Shown: piece by piece, positions 39,116 through 49,594 of the stretch
Position numbering within the stretch: the first letter of the stretch is position 1
Layout: each line of letters starts with the position of its first letter
Origin: an uncultured Desulfatitalea sp.
Lineage (GTDB): Bacteria > Desulfobacterota > Desulfobacteria > Desulfobacterales > Desulfosarcinaceae
Length of the DNA: 64,000 nucleotides
Assembly (NCBI GenBank): GCA_963668675.2
Contig: CAXXMB010000002.1
Span: 448,001-512,000 of the forward strand
Direction of reading: 5' to 3'
Program-made: the position numbers and the translations under genes
Notes under the pieces: model-generated
What the model was told of the DNA's origin: nothing
Database searches by the model: none
What the model saw: the letters and a program-made list of their open reading frames with translations, nothing else

Positions 39116-39529
39116 ATGGATATCCCCATGCAGATCATCATCTATGCATCCCCCTTCAACACTGTATCACGGAGTCTCATCGACATCCTCCGTGGAATCG
39201 GGGATGAAAAAGAGCACGAATATCACCACACCCTCGACGCCCTTGCCGCCCGGCTGCGCCACCCTAGAGTCCGTTTCAATTCACTGCTCATTCTGTGCCC
39301 GGCGAATGGCTATGAATTGACCCAGCTGACATCCATCGGCCATCTGTTCAGGGATATCCGCGTCATCGTCCTGCTGCCGGATGGAGAGGGCAAGACCATC
39401 TCGGAAGGTCACATGTTACGACCCCGCTATGTGGGCTATGCAGATGGCGATCTCAATGATTTGGCGGCAGTTGTGAGGAAAATGGCCGATCCGGAGCCGG
39501 TGTCCGCCGGTTCAATGGCCCACGCCTGA
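39116..39529 (+). CDS. Hypothetical protein, possibly a degenerate receiver-like fold
   Basis: Alternating beta/alpha pattern (IIIYA, LLILC, VIVLLPD, LRPRYV); no clear acidic pocket. Confidence 0.6.
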   Translation: MDIPMQIIIYASPFNTVSRSLIDILRGIGDEKEHEYHHTLDALAARLRHPRVRFNSLLILCPANGYELTQLTSIGHLFRDIRVIVLLPDGEGKTISEGHMLRPRYVGYADGDLNDLAAVVRKMADPEPVSAGSMAHA

Positions 39530-39549
39530 TGTAGGACCCACCATGACGT

Positions 39550-40164
39550 CTATTTGCGCTGGAGCACCCCCAGCGTGCCTGTTCTGGGAAGCTCATGAAA
39601 TTGACCTGTCTCGATAGCCGCCCGGTAAACCTGGTAGGGGGCCTGCCCCCCTTGGGCAGGATCCTCAAACAGATCGTGAATAAGCAGATATCCCCCAGTC
39701 ATGATATGCCGTGACCATCCGTCGTAATCGCGTTGAACGGTCTCGAGAGCATGGCCGCCATCGATAAAAAGCAGCGCCAAAGGGGTGGCCCAGGATCGGG
39801 CAGCCACCGAGGATGGTGCCACGATGGGAATGACGCTCTCTTCGAAATCTGCCAGTTCGAGTGTCCGCCTGAACAGAGAGAAGGTGTCGATACGGTAAGC
39901 GCGCACATCGAACAGGGCTGCATCAAAATAGGTCTCCCCGGGTTGCTGCTCCTCGGATCCGCGATGGTGGTCGATGGAAAAGAGCACCTGGCCGGCCTCC
40001 TTGCAGGCTTGTCCAAGATAGAGGGCCGATTTGCCACAATAGCTGCCAATCTCCAGGCAAGGCCCCATCTCAGCAGCCAGGGTCGCCATTTGGTAGAGGC
40101 GCTGGCCCTCGTCGGGGTCAAGAAATCCCTTTACCTGTTCAGCCAGTTCAAAAATATGATTCAT
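39550..40164 (-). CDS. Class I SAM-dependent methyltransferase (Methyltransf_24-like)
   Basis: LEIGSYCGKS, IDHHRGSEEQQPG, FIDGGH, IHD. Confidence 0.85.
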   Translation of the reverse strand: MNHIFELAEQVKGFLDPDEGQRLYQMATLAAEMGPCLEIGSYCGKSALYLGQACKEAGQVLFSIDHHRGSEEQQPGETYFDAALFDVRAYRIDTFSLFRRTLELADFEESVIPIVAPSSVAARSWATPLALLFIDGGHALETVQRDYDGWSRHIMTGGYLLIHDLFEDPAQGGQAPYQVYRAAIETGQFHELPRTGTLGVLQRK

Positions 40165-40386
40165 GACACCGGATGCCTTCGGTTAGAGGTGTAAAGCGCT
40201 GAAACCGAGCCGGTTTTTACACAGTTTCTTCCGACTTGCAAGCGAGGCGGTGGTCCAGTATGCTGAAATTAGTGTGGTCAACAGCACCCAAGGCATCCAT
40301 GGTGCCGGGTCCACTTCTGTATTTTGATCAACTTGGCGCAGATCCCAGCTCTATGACACCGTATAACCGAACGAAAGAGTGACCAG

Positions 40387-42339
40387 ATGCCGGCATGGGA
40401 AAACCGTAAAAAACGCGCTATAGATCTGAACCGGTATGAGGACTCTCCAGATATAGAGAATAAAGCCCACCTGACCGAGGTCGATTACCACAAGAAGATG
40501 AACCGATGGATTCTGCTTTTCGCAGCAATTAGCTTCGCATTTTTCGCCGTCTTTCACTTTCGCCTCGGAAATAGTGGCCAAGCATTGATTTTTACCCTGC
40601 TGTTCATCAATGTGACCGTACCCACGATCGTCGGATTATGGATAGAGGATCTGGAAAAACTCGTTCTTCTTAAACGAAGCACCGGTGCCATCGGGTTTGG
40701 ACTGCTGGCCGCAAGTCTCCTTGCCGGCACGTTAAGCAAAAACGTCTATATCTTTCTGCCATGGCTGTTTACCTATCCTGTGGCCGTCACTCTCTTTTTC
40801 GGCAAGCGCATCGGCATCTATTCGGCCGTCGCCTTCACGCTCGTTACAATGTTCGCCGTGTTCATCATGCACCTGCCGCCTTGGAACGCCGGCGCCATAA
40901 AGATGTTCAAACTCAACGCGGCTCTCTCCCTCTTGAGCATCATGATCATCTCTCTGGTGGCTGAAAAAAGCCGCATCCGCGTCCAGAACGACCTGGTCGC
41001 ATCCCAAGAGGGGTACAAGGCGGCCGAAGCGCGGCAGCGTGAGGCCAATGAGGAGCTGCAGCGAGAGATTGATCTGCGCATTGCGTCGGAGAAGATGCTG
41101 GCCCAGAGCGAGATGCATTACAGGGCCCTTTTCGAAGAGTCGGCCGTATCCCTGTGGGAGGAGGACTGGTCCGGGCTGAAAGTCTATCTGGACGAGCTCC
41201 CCCAGGAGGCGGCCGATGACCTGCCCGGATACTTCAAGGCGAATCCCGACCAGATTGCAGCCTGCTGGAAGATGATGCGCATCACCGCCGTCAACCGGGC
41301 TACACTGACCCTCTATGCAGCGGACACCTCGGCCACCCTGTTCAACAATCTGCCCAGCCTCATGCCCGCTCCGGAGAGACAGAGCTATTTGAGCGGGCGG
41401 ATCACCGGCCTTTACCATGAGGGGCGCTTTCAAACCGAAATCCAGGGCCGGCGGCTGGACGGGACACCTCTGCATCTGCTGGTCAACAGCACCATCCCGG
41501 CCGGTTATCAAACAACATGGAAAAAGGTGTTCTCCTCGGTGTATGATGTGACCGAACGCATGGTTATGGAGCAGGAGAAAAAGCGGGTCGAGAGGCAGTT
41601 GAACGAGGCCCGGCAGATGCAAGCCGTGGCCACCATGGCCGGTGGCATCGCCCACCAGTTCAACAATGCCCTGGCAGCCATCTACGGCAATGTGGAAATG
41701 ATCGAAATGGACGCACCCTCCCCCCGGCACCAGCGTTTCATCGATTCGCTGCGCCGATCAGCCGACCGCATGAGCATGCTGACCGACCAGTTACTCGCCT
41801 ATGCCCGAGGCGGCAAGTACCAGCCCAAAACCTTTTCGGTCAACGACCTGATCCAGGCGCTGCTGGCATCGGACCGCATCGCGCCGGATCCGTCGATCGC
41901 CGTCAGCCTGGCGCTTGCGCCGGACATCTGCATGGCCAGCGGCGACACCGCCCAGATTGAGATGGTTGTCGAGGCCGTCTTGTCCAATGCACTCGAATCG
42001 ATGAATGAAGAGGGACAACTGACCATATCTACCCAAAACCTGCACATCGATGACGCCAAGACTGCGCAACCGGAAAACCTCGCCCCCGGCGATTACGCCC
42101 TCATCCGGGTCATCGACAGCGGCGCCGGCATGGACGAACAGACCCGTGAGCGTATCTTCGAACCGTTTTTCACCACCAAGTTCTTCGGCCGCGGCCTGGG
42201 CATGGCCGCCGCCTACGGTATTGTGCAAAACCATGACGGAATGATAACCGTTGATTCGGCTCCCGAACAGGGCACATGTGTGACCATCTACCTGCCCGGT
42301 AAAACCGATACCGGCCACCGGAATCAATCCGCTGCCTGA
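40387..42339 (+). CDS. Membrane sensor histidine kinase with PAS-like domain
   Basis: About 5 TM helices, YRALFEES..SLWEED, AGGIAHQFNN, DSGAGM, FEPFFTTK, GLGM. Confidence 0.9.
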   Translation: MPAWENRKKRAIDLNRYEDSPDIENKAHLTEVDYHKKMNRWILLFAAISFAFFAVFHFRLGNSGQALIFTLLFINVTVPTIVGLWIEDLEKLVLLKRSTGAIGFGLLAASLLAGTLSKNVYIFLPWLFTYPVAVTLFFGKRIGIYSAVAFTLVTMFAVFIMHLPPWNAGAIKMFKLNAALSLLSIMIISLVAEKSRIRVQNDLVASQEGYKAAEARQREANEELQREIDLRIASEKMLAQSEMHYRALFEESAVSLWEEDWSGLKVYLDELPQEAADDLPGYFKANPDQIAACWKMMRITAVNRATLTLYAADTSATLFNNLPSLMPAPERQSYLSGRITGLYHEGRFQTEIQGRRLDGTPLHLLVNSTIPAGYQTTWKKVFSSVYDVTERMVMEQEKKRVERQLNEARQMQAVATMAGGIAHQFNNALAAIYGNVEMIEMDAPSPRHQRFIDSLRRSADRMSMLTDQLLAYARGGKYQPKTFSVNDLIQALLASDRIAPDPSIAVSLALAPDICMASGDTAQIEMVVEAVLSNALESMNEEGQLTISTQNLHIDDAKTAQPENLAPGDYALIRVIDSGAGMDEQTRERIFEPFFTTKFFGRGLGMAAAYGIVQNHDGMITVDSAPEQGTCVTIYLPGKTDTGHRNQSAA

Positions 42340-42443
42340 TCGAGAAAAATCGAATGGTTCATGTACTGCAGGGGTTATGCAGCGCTTTTTGGGAGAAGAG
42401 ATCCGCCAGCGGATGGTTGAGGTGGCGGGCCGTATAAGGGGGC

Positions 42444-44618
42444 TCAGGGGATATCTTCCATATTGCGTGCCAATACCTCTCTTGGCTTAACGCCGTCGGA
42501 CGGTCCGATGACCCCCTCCTGCTCCATGGTCTCCACAATACGGGCGGCACGGTTGTAGCCGATCCTCAAGTGACGCTGGATCATGGAGATGCTGGCCTGG
42601 CCTGAACGGGTGACGAGCGCAATGGCCTCGTCGTAACGCTCGTCATACTCGCGCTCTTTTCCTTCGACCTGCTCCTCCTTGGGTGTCTCGATAATGGCGT
42701 GGTCGTAGTCGGGCGTCTGCTGCTGCCTGAGATGGTCGATGATGCGCCCCAGCTCCGTTTCGGAGATATAGGCGCCGTGAATGCGCTGAAGGCGGCCCGT
42801 ACCCGGAGGCAGGAAGAGCATGTCTCCCATTCCAAGCAGGTTTTCAGCGCCGTTGGTATCGATAATGGTGCGCGAATCGGTTTTAGAGGAGACCTGAAAC
42901 GTGAGCCTCGTGGGAAAATTGGCTTTGATGATGCCGGTGAGCACGTCCACCGACGGTCTCTGGGTGGCCAAGACAAGATGGATGCCGGCAGCCCTGGCCA
43001 TCTGGGCCAGACGGGTCAAGGCCACCTCCACGTCCCTGGAGGCGACCATCATCAGATCGGCCAGCTCGTCGATGATGATCACGATGTAGGGCAGCGGCTG
43101 CTCCTTCTCTGCTCCCTCCTCCGCGACCTTCTGCCCTTTCTGGCCAGCCGACGCTTTGACCAGTTTCTGGTTGTATTGGCTTATATGGCGCGTCTTCTTC
43201 TCCGAGAGCAGTTCATAGCGGCGCTCCATCTCCTTGACCGCCCAGAAAAGCGCGTTTGTGGCCTTCTTGGCATCGGTGACCACCGGGACGATCAGGTGGG
43301 GAATACCGTCGTAGGCCGAGAGCTCGATGCGCTTTGGATCCACCATGATCAGTTTCACTTCGTCGGGCCGTGCCTTGTAGATGATGCTGCATATCATGGT
43401 GTTCAGGGCCACGCTTTTCCCCGCACCGGTGGCGCCGGCAATCAGCAGATGGGGCATCTTGTCCATGGCAGCAGCCACCGGGTTGCCCACGATGTCTTTG
43501 CCCAGGCAGAGGGTCAGCTTCGATTTGGACTTATCGAACGCTTCCGACGCCACGATCTCTTTGAAACGGACGGTCTCCCTGTCCGTGTTGGGCACTTCGA
43601 TGCCGATAACCGCCTTGCCGGGGATGGGAGCGACGATCCGGATGCTGATGGCGCGCAGGGCCAGGGCCAGGTCATCGGAAAGATTCACGATCTTGTTGAT
43701 CTTGACGCCGGCTGCCGGGGCATATTCGAACGTGGTGATGACCGGGCCGGGGGTGACGGCCACCACCTGGCCGTTGACACCGAAATCCTCCAGCTTCTTC
43801 TCCAGAAGCTTGGACTGCATACGCAGGCTTTCGCTGTTTACCGATTGGGGTCTCTCCTCCGGATCCTCCAGCAGCGATATGGAGGGCGGCTCATAATCGC
43901 CATCGCTGCGCATAAAATCGAACAGCTTCTGCTTGGGCGGCTCGACCTTCCTGGCCGGTTTGCGAACCGGCGGGGCCTTGATCTCTATCTCGGGCGCCTG
44001 CTCCTTGGCCTTGGCTTTGAGGGCCCGGACGCGTTTCTTGGCTTTGGTGCGCCGCTCCCGTCGTTTCACCCGGATCTCTTTAATGCGGATGAAGAAGCGA
44101 TCCACTGCCGAGCGACATCTATTGTAAAACGCAACCAGGGAAAATCCGGTGGTGAGAATGAACCCGATCAACCAGCCGATGCCGACAATGATCAACCCAC
44201 CGGTCATATTGGCGTAATGGATCAAAAAATCCTTCAACGGCAGGCCGATAATACCGCCCGCGGAAAATTTACTTCCGAATAGGTCGTATGAATTCTGTTT
44301 GAAAGCGAGAAGGCATCCGGTGGTCAACAACAGCAGAATACCACCCACGGCGATGTGCACAACGGTTTTACGCGGCTGAGAGCTGAAGAAATGAATGCTG
44401 GCCAACAGCAGGAGCACTGGAACCCAGAAGGCGCCCAGGCCGAACAGCCCCACCAGTGCACCGGCCACGTGTGCCCCCAGGGTGCCAAAGAGGTTGTGCA
44501 CCATCACTCCGCCGCCGGTGTTGTTAATCGACGGGTCGGTGTGGTGGTAGGAGAGCAGGCTGATCAGGCTGAAGACCACCAGAAAGAACAGCAGTATGCC
44601 TATTATTTCCTTTCTCAT
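42444..44618 (-). CDS. ftsK: DNA translocase FtsK
   Basis: N-terminal TM helices, PHLLIAGATGAGKS, IDELADLM, ATQRPSVD, gamma domain LRIGYNRAARI. Confidence 0.96.
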   Translation of the reverse strand: MRKEIIGILLFFLVVFSLISLLSYHHTDPSINNTGGGVMVHNLFGTLGAHVAGALVGLFGLGAFWVPVLLLLASIHFFSSQPRKTVVHIAVGGILLLLTTGCLLAFKQNSYDLFGSKFSAGGIIGLPLKDFLIHYANMTGGLIIVGIGWLIGFILTTGFSLVAFYNRCRSAVDRFFIRIKEIRVKRRERRTKAKKRVRALKAKAKEQAPEIEIKAPPVRKPARKVEPPKQKLFDFMRSDGDYEPPSISLLEDPEERPQSVNSESLRMQSKLLEKKLEDFGVNGQVVAVTPGPVITTFEYAPAAGVKINKIVNLSDDLALALRAISIRIVAPIPGKAVIGIEVPNTDRETVRFKEIVASEAFDKSKSKLTLCLGKDIVGNPVAAAMDKMPHLLIAGATGAGKSVALNTMICSIIYKARPDEVKLIMVDPKRIELSAYDGIPHLIVPVVTDAKKATNALFWAVKEMERRYELLSEKKTRHISQYNQKLVKASAGQKGQKVAEEGAEKEQPLPYIVIIIDELADLMMVASRDVEVALTRLAQMARAAGIHLVLATQRPSVDVLTGIIKANFPTRLTFQVSSKTDSRTIIDTNGAENLLGMGDMLFLPPGTGRLQRIHGAYISETELGRIIDHLRQQQTPDYDHAIIETPKEEQVEGKEREYDERYDEAIALVTRSGQASISMIQRHLRIGYNRAARIVETMEQEGVIGPSDGVKPREVLARNMEDIP

Positions 44619-44660
44619 GCCAATTCCAGAAAAAATAGTTTAAAGTTTTAAGTTTAAAGT

Positions 44661-44818
44661 CAATGTCATTAACTTAAGGCTTTTCAGCTAACGATCCGGG
44701 CGGGCGTAAAGCCCGCCCCTACACGGTTCGTGTGTGGCAACAGAATCTATTTCTACTCATCCTTCGTAGGGGCGGGCTTTATGCCCGCCCATTGCATCCG
44801 CTTAAGTTAATGACATTA
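44661..44818. mobile_element. MITE with 17-bp terminal inverted repeats enclosing a REP doublet
   Basis: AATGTCATTAACTTAAG (44662-44678) / CTTAAGTTAATGACATT (44801-44817); flanks AGTTTAAAGT and GGTTTAAAGT; internal REPs at 44697-44722 and 44766-44790. Confidence 0.7.
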
Positions 44819-45053
44819 GGTTTAAAGTCCTAAGTGACGGCATTCTGCCTGATTGTATTTATTTCAAAACGACCTGCTAAGTTCACAGTTATACTTTCAT
44901 CCCCGGAGAACGCTTCATATCCCTGCATGATGGAAACCATACCATTTTCCCGGTTTACGCCCTATTCCGTCGCGCCTAATTTTTACATTGCTCACAGGAT
45001 CGACGGGACACCTTCCCTTTAAACTTAAAACTTTACACTTAAAACTTTAAAAT

Positions 45054-46724
45054 TTACACTTCTACAATAAACGGCATAATCACCGGCCTTCTTCCGATGG
45101 TGAAGAAGAAGTATTGGCGCAAGGCAGTCTGCAATCTGTTGCGGATAATTTCGATGCGTTTGGGAACTTCAGGGGGGACGTCCTCTACAATTTCCAGTAT
45201 TACACACTGCGCATCGTCGAGCAGATGCCCGGTCTCGGTTTCGAAGACAAACCCTTTCGAGACCACATCCGGTCCGTAGATGACAACACCGGTCTCTTCG
45301 TCGAAGGCCATGTTGACCACCACCATCCCCTCTTCTGAGAGCATGCGCCGCTCTTTGAGCACGCTGCGCCCCACATCGCCCACGCCCTTGCCGTCGATCA
45401 TCAGCCGTCCGGTGGTCACATGGTCCGTCAAGCGGGCCCCATAATCGTCGAGCACAATCGTCTGGCCATTCTGGGCCAGGAGGATATCTTCCCTGGCAAT
45501 TCCCTGCTCTTCAGCCAGTCGGGCATGCTGTACCAGGTGACGGTACTCGCCGTGTATGGGAATGAAGTACCGGGGCCTGGTCAGGCGCAGCATCATCTTC
45601 AGTTCTTCCTGGAAGGCGTGGCCGGAGACGTGGACGTGGGCGATCTTTTCGTAAATGACATTGGCCCCGCAGCGAAACAGTTCGTTGATGATGTTGGTGA
45701 TGGCCTTCTCGTTGCCGGGGATGAATTTGGAGGAGAGAACCACCGTGTCATCCGGTTTGATCTTGATTTGCCGATGGCTTCCTGTGGCCATCCTGGCCAG
45801 GGCCGACATCGGTTCCCCCTGGCTGCCGGTGGTGACGATGATCGCCTCGTCATCCGGATATTGGCTAAGCTGATCGATATCGATCTCCATCTCCTTGGGG
45901 ACGCTCAGATAGCCAAGCTCCCTGGCGATGTTGACCGACACTTCGATGCTGCGGCCGTTAAAGAGGATCTTGCGTCCGCTTTGCTTGGCAATGTCCACGA
46001 TCTGCTGAATACGCCCCACATTGGAGGCGAACAGGGCGATGATGATCCGCCCCGTGCATCTCTGGCAGATCATGGCCAGCGATTCGCCAATTTCGCAATC
46101 GGAAACCGTATAGCCGCTCTTCTCCACGTTGGTGGAGTCGGAAAGCAGGGCCAGAACCCCCTCTTCACCGCAGCGGGCGAATTTGCTCACATCGGTTCCC
46201 ATGCCCTGAATGCAGGTGTGGCTGAACTTGAAATCCCCCGTATGAATAATCGTGCCGTGGGGCGTCCGTATGGCGATGCCGACGCCATCCACGACGCTAT
46301 GGTTGACGCGAATAAACTCCAGTTCAAAGGGACCTATTTTCAATGTTTCCCTGGGATGGACGGCATGCAGCTCGGTATGGGCAAGCAGATCGTGCTCTTG
46401 CAGCTTGTGTTTAACGATTCCCAATGTAAACGGCGTGCCGAATACCGGTGCAGCAACCTCTTTGAGCAGATAGGGCAGCGCGCCGATATGATCTTCGTGG
46501 GCATGGGTCAGGACAATGCCCGCGATCTTCTTAACGTTCTGTTTGACATAGGTCATATCGGGGATCACATAGTCGACGCCCAGCATGTAGTCTTCGGGAA
46601 ACATCAGTCCCACATCGATGATAAACATGGTGGACTGACACTCGACAGCCATCATATTGAGGCCTATCTCACCCAATCCTCCCAGGGGAACGATCTTAAC
46701 CATCGCCCCTCCCTGCGCCGTCAT
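45054..46724 (-). CDS. rnj: Ribonuclease J
   Basis: PLGGLGEIG, THAHEDHIG, HTGDFK, TGSQGEP, HVSGHA, PIHGE. Confidence 0.95.
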   Translation of the reverse strand: MTAQGGAMVKIVPLGGLGEIGLNMMAVECQSTMFIIDVGLMFPEDYMLGVDYVIPDMTYVKQNVKKIAGIVLTHAHEDHIGALPYLLKEVAAPVFGTPFTLGIVKHKLQEHDLLAHTELHAVHPRETLKIGPFELEFIRVNHSVVDGVGIAIRTPHGTIIHTGDFKFSHTCIQGMGTDVSKFARCGEEGVLALLSDSTNVEKSGYTVSDCEIGESLAMICQRCTGRIIIALFASNVGRIQQIVDIAKQSGRKILFNGRSIEVSVNIARELGYLSVPKEMEIDIDQLSQYPDDEAIIVTTGSQGEPMSALARMATGSHRQIKIKPDDTVVLSSKFIPGNEKAITNIINELFRCGANVIYEKIAHVHVSGHAFQEELKMMLRLTRPRYFIPIHGEYRHLVQHARLAEEQGIAREDILLAQNGQTIVLDDYGARLTDHVTTGRLMIDGKGVGDVGRSVLKERRMLSEEGMVVVNMAFDEETGVVIYGPDVVSKGFVFETETGHLLDDAQCVILEIVEDVPPEVPKRIEIIRNRLQTALRQYFFFTIGRRPVIMPFIVEV

Positions 46725-47457
46725 GGGTCATGCCCTCTGCAATAGAGGCGCGCACCTGCTCCATCAGCGGTCCCATGGTTTTGCGTGTGTAGGTGGTCGT
46801 GTCGATCGAAGGCTTCAGCTCGATATGGACCCGGCCACCATGGATCAGTTTACGTCCTTTGGCCATCACCTGCCGCGTCCCCTGAATGGACAAGGGCACA
46901 ATCGGTACGCCGGCGCCGATGGCCAGAAAAAATCCACCGTTCTTGAAAGGGAGCAATTTCCCGTCCGTGCTGCGGGTGCCTTCGGGAAAAATCAAAACGG
47001 ATGTGCCGTTGCGGATGATCTCGGCGGCCCGCTTCAGGCTGCGCAGGGCCGACTTCGCATTGGTTCGGTCGATGCTGATGTATCCGGCACTTCGCATAGC
47101 CCGTCCGAAGATGGGGATTTTGAACAACTCCGCCTTGGCCAGCCAACGGAACTGCACCGGGAGGGCGCTGAAATAGACCGGAATATCGAAGTTGCTCTGA
47201 TGGTTAGACATGAAAATAACCGCGTCCGATGGTTGAATCTGCTCGAGGCCGCTGATCTCCACCTTGACCCGACTGATCCATAAGATCGATCGCCCCCAAA
47301 CCCTGGCCATGTGATGGATGAAATTACCGGTCTTCGGAAAGAAGGAGGCAATGATCACCGTGCTTCCAACTATCAATGTGGCAAATATGATCCACAAATA
47401 GATTGCGACAGTGTGGAAAAACGCTACCACGCGATTGTCGCTGGATTGGCTGGCCAT
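46696..47457 (-). CDS. plsC: 1-acyl-sn-glycerol-3-phosphate acyltransferase
   Basis: NHQSNFD, FPEGTRS, PFKNG. Confidence 0.9.
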   Translation of the reverse strand: MASQSSDNRVVAFFHTVAIYLWIIFATLIVGSTVIIASFFPKTGNFIHHMARVWGRSILWISRVKVEISGLEQIQPSDAVIFMSNHQSNFDIPVYFSALPVQFRWLAKAELFKIPIFGRAMRSAGYISIDRTNAKSALRSLKRAAEIIRNGTSVLIFPEGTRSTDGKLLPFKNGGFFLAIGAGVPIVPLSIQGTRQVMAKGRKLIHGGRVHIELKPSIDTTTYTRKTMGPLMEQVRASIAEGMTHDGAGRGDG

Positions 47458-47512
47458 TTTGAATCGTCACTCTGTCGGTTTTCGGTCCGATGGTTCAGAT
47501 GTGCTGAAGTCA

Positions 47513-47845
47513 TCATACGCTTATCGTCAAATGGTCCAAAACTGCGTCGACGAATTGAATCAGCCAGTTTCGCTGCATCTCATTGGCATACCGGATACAG
47601 TCGCACCGGATTCGCTGTTCGGTTCGAACCAGCAGCTCACAGGCCAGTCGATCGGGCATCAGTTCAAGGGCGAAATAGTGGGGATGGCACTCTGTGTGAG
47701 CCTTCTGTTTGTCGTCCAGCAGATCGCGCGTTAAAGGAATCCAGTAGAGGCCATCGAAGCCTTCAACCGCATAACGCTCATCCAGATAACCCTTTAGGCG
47801 TTCATGATCATCGGGGCGAAGTTCGTCTATCACATATTGTTTCAT
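47513..47845 (-). CDS. Hypothetical protein
   Basis: 110-aa ORF co-oriented just upstream of plsC, with HxxCxPH and CxC motifs. Confidence 0.65.
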   Translation of the reverse strand: MKQYVIDELRPDDHERLKGYLDERYAVEGFDGLYWIPLTRDLLDDKQKAHTECHPHYFALELMPDRLACELLVRTEQRIRCDCIRYANEMQRNWLIQFVDAVLDHLTISV

Positions 47846-48146
47846 AGCATCTATTCACTAGCACAAACATCCCAAATACGCAACATATATGTAATCGAAA
47901 GGCAAGCAACAACAACGGGTTGGGGTTACCCCCAACATCCGGATGACCCTCAGGGCATCGCATCGCCACCGGTTGGAGCGAGAAAAACCCCCACATCGCC
48001 GGGATAGCCGGATAAGCAGAGCAGTGAATGGAACTCGAAACGCTGTGGCCTCGATCTCGGCCGCATGCTTCGTCTATCGATATCAAGCAGTTATAGATGG
48101 AAAGAATATCGTACTGGGAGTTGAAATGGTTGTAGGAAAAATTGAT

Positions 48147-48178
48147 TGCCCCGACGCCTTCTATGGGCTGCCGGGGCA
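48147..48178 (-). terminator. Hairpin downstream of the ferredoxin gene
   Basis: TGCCCCG...CGGGGCA stem. Confidence 0.45.
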
Positions 48179-48196
48179 ACTTATTGGCTGGACCGA

Positions 48197-48385
48197 TTAG
48201 GTCTCTTCTACAGTGATGGCGCCCTCTTCACAAACTTCGACGCAGCTTTCGCATCCGAGACACTCCTCGGCGTTTACCGGTTTGGATTTGCCATCTTGCA
48301 TCTCGAAGACTTCCACAGGACAGACATCAACACACTCCTCGCAACCAACACATTTCTCTTCGTCCACGATGGGGTTAAAGGCCAT
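48197..48385 (-). CDS. 2[4Fe-4S] ferredoxin
   Basis: CVGCEECVDVCP and CLGCESCVEVC; AAGGAGAGG RBS. Confidence 0.95.
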   Translation of the reverse strand: MAFNPIVDEEKCVGCEECVDVCPVEVFEMQDGKSKPVNAEECLGCESCVEVCEEGAITVEET

Positions 48386-48561
48386 TTTGTTACCTCTCCT
48401 TTCATGTAGAATTGGCTCTAAGTTGAACTAATCAACCTTATCAGCAATACCGACAAAACCGCTTATACCAATTTAGGGGGGGCAGTCAAGCCTTGTTCAC
48501 GCTTTTTTGCCGAACTCCCACAAGAAAAATATTAGACTGTAAAATTAAAATGTTGTACTCA

Positions 48562-49590
48562 TCAGTCTCCCACCGGCGCAATCGCGATATATCCGATCAG
48601 GGTATTTCGTATACCCCCGGTATCCACCGCGCCCCCTGCGGGCGGTTCCTCATGAATCAAGCGCGCCACCATATCCCGTGGCGGCATGCCGGCCAGCGTA
48701 CACAAGGTGAGTGATGCACCGCCGCGGCCCGCATCTCTCTCCGTTTCCGGATCGGGCAGGGAGACACTGCCGGGTTCGTCGGCCCGGGCCATCGCTGCCA
48801 GCGTAGCTGCCCAGGTCACCGCCCGCTCATCGTGCGCCTTGCGTCCGAGGCCAAAACAGACCGTTTGAGGCGAGCCCATCTCGGGGAGATCATCGAATAA
48901 CAGATCCCATACAGCCTTGCTGGTGGTCACAAAGAGATCGGCCGAGATACCACAGGCAGAGGCGAGGCGCGCCCATGCCTCGAGGCGCCGAGTTGTCATA
49001 AAGAGGCCCGGATCAGAAAGCCCGGCCGCTGATACCGAACTTAAATTCGGACCCAGGGCCGTTTTGCGATCACCCGGCTCACCCAGGATCTCTCCGAAGC
49101 GCGCCTCCAGGGAGCGCACCGAACCGAGATCGCGTGCCAAGGCAGCCTGCTGCTGATCGTACAGATGCGCCAGCGCCAGGAAGAAACCATCCTGGAACAG
49201 CACGTCGACGTGCGGGGCGGAAGATGCCCCCTGGGCCTCATTGCGAAGCTCGGCTCGAATCCGGTTGGTCGGCGGGCCCTGAAACCATTCAGCGGCCCCC
49301 TGCGAGGACTGGAAAAACCCCTTGAGATCCCCTGGCTTGCCGCCGTGTAGCGCCGCCCAGGAGGTAAACCGCTGCACAGCCTGCTCAAGATGCTCCGCAT
49401 CAATGCCGGAGGGGATGGACAACTGAAGGTCCCCATCATCCAGCCCCTTTTGCACCCGGGCCGACACCTGTTTTTCGGTCGGCTGCAGAACAGTCATGGG
49501 GCCCAAAGTGCCCGTAAGTGGGGCGATCAAGTTGTCGGGCAGATAGGTGAACGGAAAGTAGCAAATCATGTTAACCCCACATCGTCTCAA
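48562..49590 (-). CDS. Hypothetical protein
   Basis: 342-aa ORF directly after the cysteine synthase fusion (start may be MICYFPFT). Confidence 0.65.
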   Translation of the reverse strand: MRRCGVNMICYFPFTYLPDNLIAPLTGTLGPMTVLQPTEKQVSARVQKGLDDGDLQLSIPSGIDAEHLEQAVQRFTSWAALHGGKPGDLKGFFQSSQGAAEWFQGPPTNRIRAELRNEAQGASSAPHVDVLFQDGFFLALAHLYDQQQAALARDLGSVRSLEARFGEILGEPGDRKTALGPNLSSVSAAGLSDPGLFMTTRRLEAWARLASACGISADLFVTTSKAVWDLLFDDLPEMGSPQTVCFGLGRKAHDERAVTWAATLAAMARADEPGSVSLPDPETERDAGRGGASLTLCTLAGMPPRDMVARLIHEEPPAGGAVDTGGIRNTLIGYIAIAPVGD

Positions 49591-49594
49591 ACGA

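Noticed and set aside
47860..48140. Possible ncRNA between the ferredoxin and the hypothetical gene
   Set aside because: Small hairpins only; no match I can recognise to SRP, 6S, tmRNA or riboswitches. An Rfam scan would settle it.
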